A stretch of DNA of 64,000 nt from Prochlorococcus sp. AG-679-M23 (GTDB taxonomy: Bacteria > Cyanobacteriota > Cyanobacteriia > PCC-6307 > Cyanobiaceae): positions 160,001 to 224,000 of the forward strand of contig QCUR01000002.1 in the NCBI GenBank assembly GCA_003208875.1, written 5' to 3'. Shown piece after piece: positions 10,197 to 20,247 of this stretch (its first letter is position 1; each line of letters starts with the position of its first letter). Made by a program: the position numbers and the translations under genes. The notes beneath the pieces are model-generated. The model was not told the origin of the DNA and made no database searches. It saw only the letters and a program-made list of their open reading frames with translations.

Positions 10197-11357
10197 TTGA
10201 CAAACACTGGCAGAAATAGAGGAATTGGTATTGTTACCGCAAGTGACAGTCAGGAAAGATCCAAAGGTCAATTACATATTTACGATGGGGAAGGAAAAGG
10301 AAAAAGTCAGGCTGCCTTAGGAGTGGTTCTTAGAACAATAGGTTTAGGGATATGCGAAAAAAAACAGTCTAGAGTTTTATTGCTTAGATTCTTAAAAGGC
10401 CCTGAGAGGTCATATGATGAAGATTCTGCAATAGAAGCATTACAAAGAGGCTTCCCTCACTTAATAGATCATGTAAGGACTGGGAGATCTGAATTTTTTA
10501 ATGCTGATCAAGTTACAAAGTCTGATATTACTGAGGCTGAGAGAGGTTGGAATATTGCTAAAGGAGCAATTGCTAGTTCCCTTTATTCTGTGGTTGTCCT
10601 TGATGAATTGAATCCTGTTTTAGATTTAGGGATGCTTAATATTGAGGAAGTGGTTAAATCACTTCAACATCGACCAGATGATTTGGAAATAATTATTACA
10701 GGAAGAGCAGCACCCTCTTCATTGATATGCATATCTCAACTTCATTCAGAAATGAGATCACGCCTAAGAGGGGATTTAAATAAAACTCATAGAAAAATGA
10801 ATAATTCTGGTGGAATTGAAGTTTATACTGGAGAAGGCAAAGGTAAATCCACAAGTGCATTGGGTAAAGCTTTGCAAGCTATTGGTAAAGGAATATCTCA
10901 AGATAAAAGTCATAGAGTTTTAATATTACAATGGCTAAAAGGTGGAAATGGTTATACCGAAGATGCTGCTATAGAAGCTTTGAGAGAGAGTTACCCACAT
11001 TTAGTTGACCACCTACGTTCTGGGAGAGATGCCATAGTATGGAGGGGGCAACAACAGCCTATCGATTATGTTGAAGCTGAACGAGCTTGGGAAATTGCAA
11101 AAGCGGCTATTTTGAGCGGTTTATATAAAACTATTATTTTAGATGAATTAAATCCAACCGTCGATTTAGAACTTTTACCAGTTGAATCTATATATCAAAC
11201 TCTTTTAAAAAAACCTGCTGATACAGAAGTTGTTATTACTGGGAGATGTAAAAATGAACCATCATACTTCGAACTTGCAGATGTATATTCTGAAATGGTT
11301 TGTCACAAGCATTACGCAAATGTTGGAGTTGATTTAAAGAGAGGGGTGGATTATTAA
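10197..11357 (+). CDS. cobO: Cob(I)yrinic acid a,c-diamide adenosyltransferase with two tandem CobA/BtuR domains
   Basis: Two GEGKGKS P-loops, two LDELNP motifs and two ITGR motifs; C-terminal GVDY. Confidence 0.88.
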   Translation: MTNTGRNRGIGIVTASDSQERSKGQLHIYDGEGKGKSQAALGVVLRTIGLGICEKKQSRVLLLRFLKGPERSYDEDSAIEALQRGFPHLIDHVRTGRSEFFNADQVTKSDITEAERGWNIAKGAIASSLYSVVVLDELNPVLDLGMLNIEEVVKSLQHRPDDLEIIITGRAAPSSLICISQLHSEMRSRLRGDLNKTHRKMNNSGGIEVYTGEGKGKSTSALGKALQAIGKGISQDKSHRVLILQWLKGGNGYTEDAAIEALRESYPHLVDHLRSGRDAIVWRGQQQPIDYVEAERAWEIAKAAILSGLYKTIILDELNPTVDLELLPVESIYQTLLKKPADTEVVITGRCKNEPSYFELADVYSEMVCHKHYANVGVDLKRGVDY

Positions 11358-11371
11358 ATTTTTTTAAATAA

Positions 11372-12520
11372 TTAACCTATTATTACTTGATTGATTTTTT
11401 TCATTCCCCCTTCTATAGATGTTGAGGAAATTTTAAATTTCATCAAAATTTTGGATGCTTTTTCTGAACGTTTTCCTAATTGACACAATGTGAAAATTTC
11501 TTTAACTAAACTTTCTTGTTTAATAAATTCTAGGTGAGACTTTTGTTCGAGATTATTGATGGGTATAGATATAGAACCTTTTATAGAGCATTTATTAAAC
11601 TCTTCTTCTTCTCTAACATCAATTAGAAGTATTTTATTTAATTTTGCTTTGTATAGAGTATTAAATTCTTTAGCGTTAATTTTCTTGATTTTAATATTAT
11701 CTTGGCATTCATTTTCTTTGTAAAAATCTTCAAATTGAGAAAGGTTTTTAATATTTTTATTTAACTTGTCAGATTTTAAATTTAAAGTTTTTATATTCAT
11801 ATTTAGTAGGTCAAAAATCATAATCTTGCCGTCAAGAATCTCTCCTTTTTTTAGAATAATTTTTATTATCTCATTTACTTGTAAAATCCCTATAAGACCA
11901 GTTGAAACTCCCACAACCCCAAACTCTTCACAGCTTGGGATATTATTTTTTACAGGGGATTCTGGTAGTAAGTCTCTCAAATTAGGACTCTTTTTATTGA
12001 GATTAAAAACACTTATTTGGCCCTCAAAACCCTGAACACTCCCAAAAACTAAAGCCTTATTAAGTATTAAACAGGCATCGTTTATTAAATAACGAGTACC
12101 AAAGTTATCTGAACAATCACAAACAATATCAAAGTCTTTAATGATTTCAATAACATTTTTTGAGTTTATTCTTTTATTAAACGTTGTAACTTCAATATTA
12201 GGATTAAATCTTTTAATTCTCTCTTGGGCAGAATTAATTTTTAAATTTCCAACCGTATTTGTTTCATGAATAATTTGTCTTTGTAGATTCGACTTTTCAA
12301 CTTGATCATTATCAACTATTCCAATTCTTCCTATTCCTGCAGCGGCAAGATAAAGTAAAACTGAAGAACCCAGTCCGCCTGCTCCGATACATATTACTGA
12401 ACTATTTTTTAGTTTTAATTGCCCTTTAAATCCTATTTCTTTTAACGTCAAATGCTTTTTGTATCTTTCCTTTTCATCTAAAGATAAGAAATCAGAATTT
12501 AGATCAGTTGATATTGCCAT
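11372..12520 (-). CDS. moeB: MoeB/ThiF adenylyltransferase with C-terminal rhodanese domain
   Basis: GAGGLG, SNLQRQ, DCSDNF, rhodanese LIDVRE and CQLGKRS. Confidence 0.88.
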   Translation of the reverse strand: MAISTDLNSDFLSLDEKERYKKHLTLKEIGFKGQLKLKNSSVICIGAGGLGSSVLLYLAAAGIGRIGIVDNDQVEKSNLQRQIIHETNTVGNLKINSAQERIKRFNPNIEVTTFNKRINSKNVIEIIKDFDIVCDCSDNFGTRYLINDACLILNKALVFGSVQGFEGQISVFNLNKKSPNLRDLLPESPVKNNIPSCEEFGVVGVSTGLIGILQVNEIIKIILKKGEILDGKIMIFDLLNMNIKTLNLKSDKLNKNIKNLSQFEDFYKENECQDNIKIKKINAKEFNTLYKAKLNKILLIDVREEEEFNKCSIKGSISIPINNLEQKSHLEFIKQESLVKEIFTLCQLGKRSEKASKILMKFKISSTSIEGGMKKINQVIIG

Positions 12521-12806
12521 TTTTATTACAAAAATTATCTATGAAAATATAATAATTTAAATAATTATCTTAGTCTTTTTATTTTTTTTATGTTGATGAA
12601 GTTTTTAAGTGTTTTTTGTTAGAACAAGATGATATTGTGAAGTTTTTATAAATCAAATTTTGGGTTAAATTTCTTAAAACTTTACTAGTACCAATATATA
12701 TTTCAGAATACAAAATGTTTCGGTTCGGAATTATGCATAACAAAAAGGTAGTCAACAGACAATTTTTCCGATACTGTCTGGTTCATATATTAAGTTGACT
12801 GAATTC

Positions 12807-13172
12807 ATGAGTGATAACACTCCTGAGTCAAATCAAGACTCCGGCTCCGAAACAAACTCAGAAAGTAAAAGCTTTTCAGAGAAGTATTCTGATGTAATGG
12901 GAAAAATCAATGAAACACTTGGAACTATTGATTGGACCCAAATGGGAAAGTATGGTAAAGCAGCAGGCATAATTGCCGTTGTAGTTATCGCTCAAATAAT
13001 AATTAAAGTTATTATTGACACGATTAATTTTTTCCCAATTCTACCTGGCCTTCTAGAATTACTAGGTGTAGTGGTTGTAGGTCAATGGAGTTGGCAAAAT
13101 CTCCGTACAAGTGAAAATCGTGAAGCAGTTTTAGAGAAGGTCCAAAATCTCAAAAAAACATATTTAGGATAA
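12807..13172 (+). CDS. CAAD/CurT thylakoid-curvature domain membrane protein
   Basis: Two hydrophobic helices, INFFPILPGLLELLG signature, C-terminal ENREAVLEKVQNLKK; ATG 12807 preferred over TTG 12795. Confidence 0.85.
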   Translation: MSDNTPESNQDSGSETNSESKSFSEKYSDVMGKINETLGTIDWTQMGKYGKAAGIIAVVVIAQIIIKVIIDTINFFPILPGLLELLGVVVVGQWSWQNLRTSENREAVLEKVQNLKKTYLG

Positions 13173-13179
13173 ATTTAGT

Positions 13180-14058
13180 TTACATATTCAATATATTCCT
13201 GATGTAGCTTTGTACTTGATGACAATATGAACCACCAAACATATTGGCATGATTTAATATGTGATAAAAATTATAAATAATAGTTCTTCTTTTAGATCCT
13301 TTTTTAATTGGAATAATTTTATGATAATTTTCGTAAAATTCATTTCGAAAATTACCAAATAATCTTGTCATAGCAATGTCTACTTCACAATCTGCCCACC
13401 AAGATGCAGGGTCAAATATTACACCTTTATTCATAAGAGTTACTCCGATATTTCCCGACCATAAATCACCATGAACAAGTGATTTCATAGGTTCATGGTC
13501 AAGTAGTACCGATTCAATTTTTGTCTTTATTTTATTTTTAATATCAATTTCTAAAAAATCTTTTTCTAAGATTGCTAATTGAGGTTCAATTCTTAAATTA
13601 ATAAAACATTTAATCCAATCCTTTTCCCATCCTTTTATTTGATTTGTGGTTCCTATAAAACCATGAATCGGATATCCAAAACTTGGTTGATTAAATTTAT
13701 TTGATTCAATATGCATTTCACCTAAACCCCTTCCTAATTTTTCCTGATCACTATTCTTCATATCTATCCATTCCAATAATAAAAGTTCTACATTATTAAC
13801 CTCTAAGTAGGAAATGATTTTAGGAACGATTAAGTTTTCATAGTTAAGATATTTTTGTAGGTTATTAAGGCAAGATTTTTCAAATTCTAGAAATCTTCCT
13901 TCCCTTGCATTTCTTTTAAGAAAGAATTTAGCGTTCTTAAATTCTATCTGCCACGACTCATGAATATCTCCCCCAAAAATTTGTTTTATACTTTTTGGTG
14001 ATCCTTCACCTAATTGATAACAAATTTCGTTAAGTTCGATATGTGGTATTTTTTGCAT
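13180..14058 (-). CDS. Fructosamine-3-kinase family protein
   Basis: GGDIH, LVHGDLWSGN, FDPA, EVDIAM, YHILNHANMFG. Confidence 0.9.
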   Translation of the reverse strand: MQKIPHIELNEICYQLGEGSPKSIKQIFGGDIHESWQIEFKNAKFFLKRNAREGRFLEFEKSCLNNLQKYLNYENLIVPKIISYLEVNNVELLLLEWIDMKNSDQEKLGRGLGEMHIESNKFNQPSFGYPIHGFIGTTNQIKGWEKDWIKCFINLRIEPQLAILEKDFLEIDIKNKIKTKIESVLLDHEPMKSLVHGDLWSGNIGVTLMNKGVIFDPASWWADCEVDIAMTRLFGNFRNEFYENYHKIIPIKKGSKRRTIIYNFYHILNHANMFGGSYCHQVQSYIRNILNM

Positions 14059-14062
14059 TTTA

Positions 14063-15568
14063 ATGTCAAAGACTGAAATTGTTGTTGTTGGTGCTGGTAT
14101 AGCAGGGCTAACTTCTGCAGCGATTTTATCAAAACTAGGGCTTTCAGTGACTTTGATTGAGTCGCATACTCAATCGGGAGGTTGTGCAGGAACCTTTAAA
14201 AGAAAAAGATATATTTTTGATGTTGGAGCAACTCAAGTCGCCGGTTTGGAAGAAGGGGGAATACACTCTAAGATTTTTAAATTTTTAGATATTCCTCTTC
14301 CTGAAGCATCCATCTTAAATCCAGCTTGCATTGTTGATTTAAAAGATGGTAGCAATCCAATACCTATTTGGTATGACAAAGATGAATGGATTAAGGAGAG
14401 GGAGATGCAATTCCCAGGTAGTCGTCAATTTTGGCTACTATGTAGTTTAATTCATCAGAGTAATTGGACATTTGCTAATAATAACCCTGTATTACCCGTC
14501 AAGAATTTTTGGGATTTTTCGCAACTTCTTAAAGCATTAGTTCCAACGAATTTAGTTACAGGAATATTGATTAAATCTACTATCTTTGATCTTTTACGTT
14601 TTTGTGGATTATCTAATGATGAAAGATTAATTAAGTTTCTTAATTTGCAATTAAAGCTTTATTCACAAGAAGATGTCTATAACACTGCAGCTCTATATGG
14701 TTCTACAGTGTTGCAAATGTGTCAAAAACCACATGGTTTATGGCACTTAAAAAAATCAATGCAGGCTTTAAGTGATGCTTTAGAAGATTCATTAAAAAAA
14801 AAGGGAGTTAATATTGTTTTCGGGCAAAAAGTAAATTCAATTAATTTTGATGATGTAAAAAAGAGTTGGAAAGTTTGTGCATCATCTAAGCTAGAGAATA
14901 TGGTTTACTTCGCCGATGATGTAATTTATACACCTCCTCCACAATCTCTTTTGAAACATCTAAAAAGTCCTCTAGATAATACTTACAATTATAAAAAGAA
15001 AATACAGAGTCTTCCTGATCCAAGCGGTGCGTTGGTCTTTTATTCAGCTTTAAAAAAAGAACATATTAAAGTAATCTCTTCAAATCATTACCAGTTTGTA
15101 TCAAATGAATTAGGGTCACTTTTTGTATCCATAAGTGAGGAGGGAGATGGAAGAGCTCCAAAAGGGGAGATTACATTGATAGCAAGTCTTTTTACAAAAA
15201 CGAACGACTGGTTTAGTTTAGATAAAGATGACTATGTAAAGAAAAAAAAGGAGTATTTACAAAAAATATCAATGGTACTTGAAAACCAATTTGATATTGC
15301 TTCTGAAAATTGGCTTCATAAGGAATTGGCTACCCCATTAGGATTTGAAAGGTGGACTAATAGGCCAAATGGGATAGTAGGTGGTTTAGGTCAAAATCCT
15401 GATATTTTTGGATTATTTGGGTTATCAAGTAGAACTCCTTTTAAAGGTTTATGGTTATGTGGTGATTCTATTTATCCTGGAGAAGGGACAGCGGGTGTTA
15501 GTCAGTCAGCAGTAATGGTTTCAAGGCAAATTTTAGCTTCTAAAGGAATTAATGATTTTTATTTATAA
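14063..15568 (+). CDS. crtD: FAD-dependent carotenoid desaturase, CrtD (C-3',4' desaturase)-like
   Basis: GAGIAG FAD motif, FDVGATQVAG, C-terminal CGDSIYPGEGTAGV. Confidence 0.78.
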   Translation: MSKTEIVVVGAGIAGLTSAAILSKLGLSVTLIESHTQSGGCAGTFKRKRYIFDVGATQVAGLEEGGIHSKIFKFLDIPLPEASILNPACIVDLKDGSNPIPIWYDKDEWIKEREMQFPGSRQFWLLCSLIHQSNWTFANNNPVLPVKNFWDFSQLLKALVPTNLVTGILIKSTIFDLLRFCGLSNDERLIKFLNLQLKLYSQEDVYNTAALYGSTVLQMCQKPHGLWHLKKSMQALSDALEDSLKKKGVNIVFGQKVNSINFDDVKKSWKVCASSKLENMVYFADDVIYTPPPQSLLKHLKSPLDNTYNYKKKIQSLPDPSGALVFYSALKKEHIKVISSNHYQFVSNELGSLFVSISEEGDGRAPKGEITLIASLFTKTNDWFSLDKDDYVKKKKEYLQKISMVLENQFDIASENWLHKELATPLGFERWTNRPNGIVGGLGQNPDIFGLFGLSSRTPFKGLWLCGDSIYPGEGTAGVSQSAVMVSRQILASKGINDFYL

Positions 15569-15574
15569 GATTGT

Positions 15575-16414
15575 TTAATTTGTAAAATTTGATCTTATTT
15601 CTATCGATTTTGTAAGTTTTTCAGATAACAATTCCCACTTATTATTTTTGATAAGAGATTCGATTTCATTAATATTTTTTTTAAATTCTTTAATTGCTTT
15701 TAAGATATGTTTCTGATTATTTTTAGCCAAATCCAACCCCAAATTGGCATTTCCACCTCCAACTCTTGTTGTATCCGCATATCCTGTAGCGGCAAGTCTT
15801 TGAGTTAGAGCCAATAGCGATTCATTTTTCTCTGCATTGGCAGTTTTTATTAATGAAGAAGCAACAAATATCGGTAAATGAGATATTAAAGAAACTGCTT
15901 CATCATGCTCTTTTGGTGATGCTTCATAAATCTCACATTGCATAGAAGTTATTAATTTACTTAGCGTTTTTATTGAATATGAATTGGTTTTTGACGTAGG
16001 AGTGATAATCCATTTTGCATTTTCTAATAAACCTTCGAAACCTGATTCAACTCCTTTTTCTTCTGTGCCTGCCATTGGATGTGAACCAATAAATAATGGA
16101 TGTATTTCCCCCCATGTGTTAATTATTGGTTCTTTTATAGAACCAACATCGGTTACTATCGAATCTTTTGGAATCGCATTTATTAGATCTTTAGAAGGAT
16201 GGATTAGATCTTTAATCGGTAATGCCAATATAATTAGAGAACATTCTTTTAGGATGCGTAAATCGCAGCTAACAACGTTTGCCAGATTTCTCTCTATTGC
16301 CTTTTTTTTATTAAGGTTATTGTTCGTGACTCCATAAATAGTGTGTTTTAATCTTTGGAGTTTTAATCCTATTGAACCACCAATAAGTCCTAGACCTACA
16401 ATTCCAATATTCAT
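15575..16414 (-). CDS. tyrA: Prephenate/arogenate dehydrogenase
   Basis: GLGLIGGS, TDVGSIK, SHPMAGTE, HDEAVSLISHLP, DTTRV. Confidence 0.93.
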   Translation of the reverse strand: MNIGIVGLGLIGGSIGLKLQRLKHTIYGVTNNNLNKKKAIERNLANVVSCDLRILKECSLIILALPIKDLIHPSKDLINAIPKDSIVTDVGSIKEPIINTWGEIHPLFIGSHPMAGTEEKGVESGFEGLLENAKWIITPTSKTNSYSIKTLSKLITSMQCEIYEASPKEHDEAVSLISHLPIFVASSLIKTANAEKNESLLALTQRLAATGYADTTRVGGGNANLGLDLAKNNQKHILKAIKEFKKNINEIESLIKNNKWELLSEKLTKSIEIRSNFTN

Positions 16415-16507
16415 TGATTTATTTATTTGAGGCTTTTTTATATTGATACCAATTTTTTGTATATTAAGATCATGTTTTTTTCAATTTGATATTACTAAAA
16501 TTATATA

Positions 16508-17956
16508 ATGCTTGAAATTTTAAGTCATCAGTACTTAAAAAGATTTATTAGATCCCATGAGATAGATTGGGATCATATATATTCTTTCGGGAGAATAGTT
16601 TCAAAGTGTCTTCAAACAAATGAAACTTATCTGATTAATTCAGAAATTTTTTCTACTAATATTTGGCTACCCGCTCTGTTAATTTCTATATTTTTATTCG
16701 AAGAAAATTCGACTTTTGTTTTATCTCAAGACAAAATAGATTTTTTAAAAAATAATTACTTAGGAGAATTAAAAAGTCTTGGGTTGAATTTTATTTTAGA
16801 AAATGATCAAATAATTTTTTCAAATCATCGAGTTTGTTTTATCTCTCTGGAAAAACTGCTAGGTGATGTAAATATTTTTAATATTAGTAATCATCGCATT
16901 ATTTTTTCTGGGATTGAAAATATAAAGGAAGATTTAAAAAATTATTTTAGAATTTCAATTTTTAAAAAAAATTGGTTTCATAAATTTGAAAAATCATCAT
17001 CTAAAAGTCAAAAGATAATTAGTACGTATAACCTACTTAAAAAGAAGTTTTTCTTGAGAAAAGTTTTAGATAGTAGGAGTATTTTTTTAGATAAAGAAGA
17101 AATAAATTTTCTTTCTAATTTCTTTTATGAAAACTCTTCATATTCTGATCAATTTTTGAGGGTAAGTAATGCTCTTTCTGAAGGTTGGGCTTGCTGGGTA
17201 ACTTTAGATGATATTAATTTTGAGTGGAATTTTTATTTAGAACCTATCGATGAACTCTCTCAGATAAAAAATTTACTAATTAATAATAAATTTGTTTTTT
17301 TATCCGCATTAAGAGAAGATAATTTTTTTCAAAAGTATCTCAAAAAAGAACGTTTAAATATTGATTTGGTAATGAACTTTAGGAGTAACTTTATTGAAAA
17401 TAAAATCTTAGTATACGTTCCGCCCAGACAAATGCTCCCAAATAATCCAATGTTTACAAATAATATTTTAGATAAGTCTAAAAAATTAATTATTTTCTCA
17501 AAAGGTCTGACTTTATTTTTATCTGATGACGTTGATTTGAAGCTTAAATTTGCTACAGAATTAGCCTCTATCTATGGAAAGCGAGTTTTGCTAGAGAATA
17601 TTCCATTGTTTAATAATGAAATTCTATGTGCTAGCTATACCTGGTGGATCAATAATTCTTATTGTATAAAAAGTCCAGAACAAATAATTATTCCATTACT
17701 ACCAATTCCACGGATTGAAGAGCCTATCAATGCATTGACTGTTTCTCATAACAGAAATCTTTCTAAAGATTGGTTCCGAGAGTTTTTACTTCCTGAGGCA
17801 ATACAAAAATTAGAAAGGTCTATTTCACCTTTAAGAAAAAACGCTGGTAAATTAATAATTCTTGATGGTAGAGCACATAAAAGAAAATGGGGTAGATTAA
17901 TCTTAAAAAGTATTCAACCTTCAAAACAAATAAACTATATGCTTCCTTACGATTAG
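16508..17956 (+). CDS. Degenerate DinG/Rad3-like helicase homologue
   Basis: C-terminal IIIPLLPIP...WFREFLLPEA...GKLIILDGR resembles the DinG helicase C-terminal domain; no Walker A or DEAH motif visible. Confidence 0.6.
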   Translation: MLEILSHQYLKRFIRSHEIDWDHIYSFGRIVSKCLQTNETYLINSEIFSTNIWLPALLISIFLFEENSTFVLSQDKIDFLKNNYLGELKSLGLNFILENDQIIFSNHRVCFISLEKLLGDVNIFNISNHRIIFSGIENIKEDLKNYFRISIFKKNWFHKFEKSSSKSQKIISTYNLLKKKFFLRKVLDSRSIFLDKEEINFLSNFFYENSSYSDQFLRVSNALSEGWACWVTLDDINFEWNFYLEPIDELSQIKNLLINNKFVFLSALREDNFFQKYLKKERLNIDLVMNFRSNFIENKILVYVPPRQMLPNNPMFTNNILDKSKKLIIFSKGLTLFLSDDVDLKLKFATELASIYGKRVLLENIPLFNNEILCASYTWWINNSYCIKSPEQIIIPLLPIPRIEEPINALTVSHNRNLSKDWFREFLLPEAIQKLERSISPLRKNAGKLIILDGRAHKRKWGRLILKSIQPSKQINYMLPYD

Positions 17957-17983
17957 GTTATTATTTAGGAAATATCTTTAAAT

Positions 17984-18229
17984 ATGGGAGAAGCAAAAAG
18001 GAGAAAATCATTAGGTCTTCCTCCTAAACAAAACAATACTAAATCCAAATCAGACGAATCACCTAGAATATTTGATTGGCTGCCTCTTACTATTAATCAG
18101 AGAGATAGTTTAATGAAATTAAGTATAAAAGCTAGTTGGTATGGAATTGGAGGTTTAGTTATCTTGTGGGTAATTGTTAGATTTATTGGACCAGCTGCAG
18201 GTTGGTGGACTCCAGCTGATTCATTATGA
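17984..18229 (+). CDS. Conserved cyanobacterial small membrane protein (DUF2839-like)
   Basis: MGEAKRR start, single TM helix, VRFIGPAAGWW. Confidence 0.8.
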   Translation: MGEAKRRKSLGLPPKQNNTKSKSDESPRIFDWLPLTINQRDSLMKLSIKASWYGIGGLVILWVIVRFIGPAAGWWTPADSL

Positions 18230-18231
18230 AT

Positions 18232-19344
18232 CTAAGCTATTTTCTTGATGTTATTAGCAATCACAGCATTTTCTGGATTATTATTTAATGCTTTCATCGA
18301 ATTAGAACTTACTTCAGTACCTTCTGTTAGTTTCGCTTTGACAATAGATTCTACTTTATTCTTTATTTCTAAGTTCTGATCCAACCAAATAATTGTGTTA
18401 TCTCTTCCTTGTCCAATATTTTCTCCTTCGTAACTATACCAAGCACCTCTCCTAATTATTATATTAGTCTCTTCTGCTAAATCTAATAAACATCCTGTCG
18501 TACTTATCCCTTTGCCGAATAAAATATCAAACTCAGCAATTCTAAATGGAGGGGCTACTTTATTTTTTGCTACTTTTACTTTTGCTCTTATTCCATATTC
18601 TTCTGTACCTCTTTTAAGAGTCTGAATTCTCCTAATATCAAGTCTTACTGAAGCATAAAACTTTAATGCATTACCTCCTGTAGTTGTCTCTGGATTTCCA
18701 TATGTAACTCCGATTTTTAAGCGTAACTGATTGAGGAATATTACTGTACATCCTGATTTACCAATATTTCCAGTTATTTTTCTCATTGCTTGACTCATTA
18801 GCCTTGCCTGGCTTCCTATAACGTGATCTCCCATTTCACCTTCTATTTCTGCTCTAGGAGTTAATGCTGCTACTGAGTCAACAACAACAAGGTCTACGGC
18901 AGTTGATCTTATGAGTTGATCAACTATTTCTAAAGCCATTTCACCTGTATCTGGCTGCGAAACTAGTAAATTTTCGACATCCACTCCTAGGGAGGCGGCA
19001 TAGACTGGATCTAAAGCATGTTCAGCATCAACAAATGCTGCTATACCTCCATTTTTCTGTACTTCTGCTATTGCGTGAAGAGTTAGGGTTGTTTTTCCTG
19101 AACTTTCAGGTCCGTAAACTTCAACCACTCTTCCCTTTGGATATCCTCCTCCTAATGCCAAGTCTAATGTAAGAGCTCCTGTAGATATTGTTTCCACTTT
19201 CATTCTGGAGGCATCTCCAAGCCTCATTATTGATCCTCTGCCAAAGTTTCTTTCTATTTGTCCTAAGACTAGATTTAATGCTTTGTTTTTCTCTTCAGAT
19301 GAGGATTCTTTTGAATCTTTTTTTCTTTTTTCTTCAAAACTCAT
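18232..19344 (-). CDS. recA: Recombinase RecA
   Basis: [36 protein letters not shown]. Confidence 0.99.
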   Translation of the reverse strand: MSFEEKRKKDSKESSSEEKNKALNLVLGQIERNFGRGSIMRLGDASRMKVETISTGALTLDLALGGGYPKGRVVEVYGPESSGKTTLTLHAIAEVQKNGGIAAFVDAEHALDPVYAASLGVDVENLLVSQPDTGEMALEIVDQLIRSTAVDLVVVDSVAALTPRAEIEGEMGDHVIGSQARLMSQAMRKITGNIGKSGCTVIFLNQLRLKIGVTYGNPETTTGGNALKFYASVRLDIRRIQTLKRGTEEYGIRAKVKVAKNKVAPPFRIAEFDILFGKGISTTGCLLDLAEETNIIIRRGAWYSYEGENIGQGRDNTIIWLDQNLEIKNKVESIVKAKLTEGTEVSSNSMKALNNNPENAVIANNIKKIA

Positions 19345-19425
19345 TTTAATTTATTGATAAGTTCTCATAATTATTTTTAAATCTAGAATTTTTAAATAAA
19401 TCTAAAATTAATAATTACAATTCAT

Positions 19426-19439
19426 AGTACATGTGTACT
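19426..19439. promoter_or_regulatory. Cyanobacterial LexA (SOS) box upstream of recA
   Basis: AGTAC-ATGT-GTACT matches RGTACNNNDGTWCB; about 80 bp upstream of the recA ATG; overlaps a minus-strand TACTAT -10-like hexamer. Confidence 0.88.
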
Positions 19440-19453
19440 TTAGTCGAAGATAA

Positions 19454-20230
19454 CTAAATTGCAAGTAAATCTCCTAAACTTTTCAACTTTAATAATTTAA
19501 TTTCAAGCGGCAAATTAAGTCTATCTTTATTTTTTAAATAGCCCCAATCAGCTAAGTAGCAAGGAATGTTACTTGTAACAGGGTTTTGCTTTATATCAAT
19601 AAGCGTATTTCTCCTATCTTCGATAAAGCCTATGATTTCATATTCTCTACAGAGTTCAGATATGATCTCAACTTTTGTTCCCGATTCATAGCCAAAAATT
19701 AACTCCGGGAAAATATTTAATTTTTCAAGAATTTTGCCTGCAAATATTTTTCCTTTCGTTGTGATGATTCCAGTCCTGATTTTTTCTTTCTTTAATTTTT
19801 CTATAAAGATTATAACTTCATAAAATGGCCGATGTAATTTTATCCAATTGTCAAAATCATTATCTATTTGATATTTTCTTGCTTTATCAAGATATTTTTG
19901 TAAATCTTCAGCAACCCAAGAATTTTCTAATAAAACTTTCTGACAATTTTGATGATATTTATTTAGGAAATTGATTTTGGTTTGATTGTTTAGTTGATCT
20001 TCACTTTTGATAATTTGGTGGACAATGATTAACATCTCCCATCCATATTTAACCCAGGGTCTCATTTCTATGAAAGTATTTGAAACTTGTTTGTAAAGAT
20101 TTTGATCAATTAAGATTTTTGGAGAATTTATAAATTTTTCAAAAGCTAATAATGAACTGTGCCAATATTCATTCATTCCATCAACAATAACCCCATCAAA
20201 ATCAAATAGAAATAATTTCTGATAGCTCAC
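19454..20230 (-). CDS. HAD-superfamily hydrolase
   Basis: FDFDGVIVD motif I, ITTK, FIEDR, ADWGY; GTG start. Confidence 0.85.
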   Translation of the reverse strand: MSYQKLFLFDFDGVIVDGMNEYWHSSLLAFEKFINSPKILIDQNLYKQVSNTFIEMRPWVKYGWEMLIIVHQIIKSEDQLNNQTKINFLNKYHQNCQKVLLENSWVAEDLQKYLDKARKYQIDNDFDNWIKLHRPFYEVIIFIEKLKKEKIRTGIITTKGKIFAGKILEKLNIFPELIFGYESGTKVEIISELCREYEIIGFIEDRRNTLIDIKQNPVTSNIPCYLADWGYLKNKDRLNLPLEIKLLKLKSLGDLLAI

Positions 20231-20247
20231 TCAACTAATTTTTAGAA

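Noticed and set aside
12521..12794. Possible remnant of a JAB/M67 peptidase gene or small ORF upstream of moeB
   Set aside because: The minus-strand frames I translated give only short peptides (about 11 and 41 aa) with no HSH metal motif; a pseudogene call is not supportable
11766..16337. Plus-strand ORFs 11766-12035 and 15984-16337
   Set aside because: Antisense shadows of moeB and tyrA
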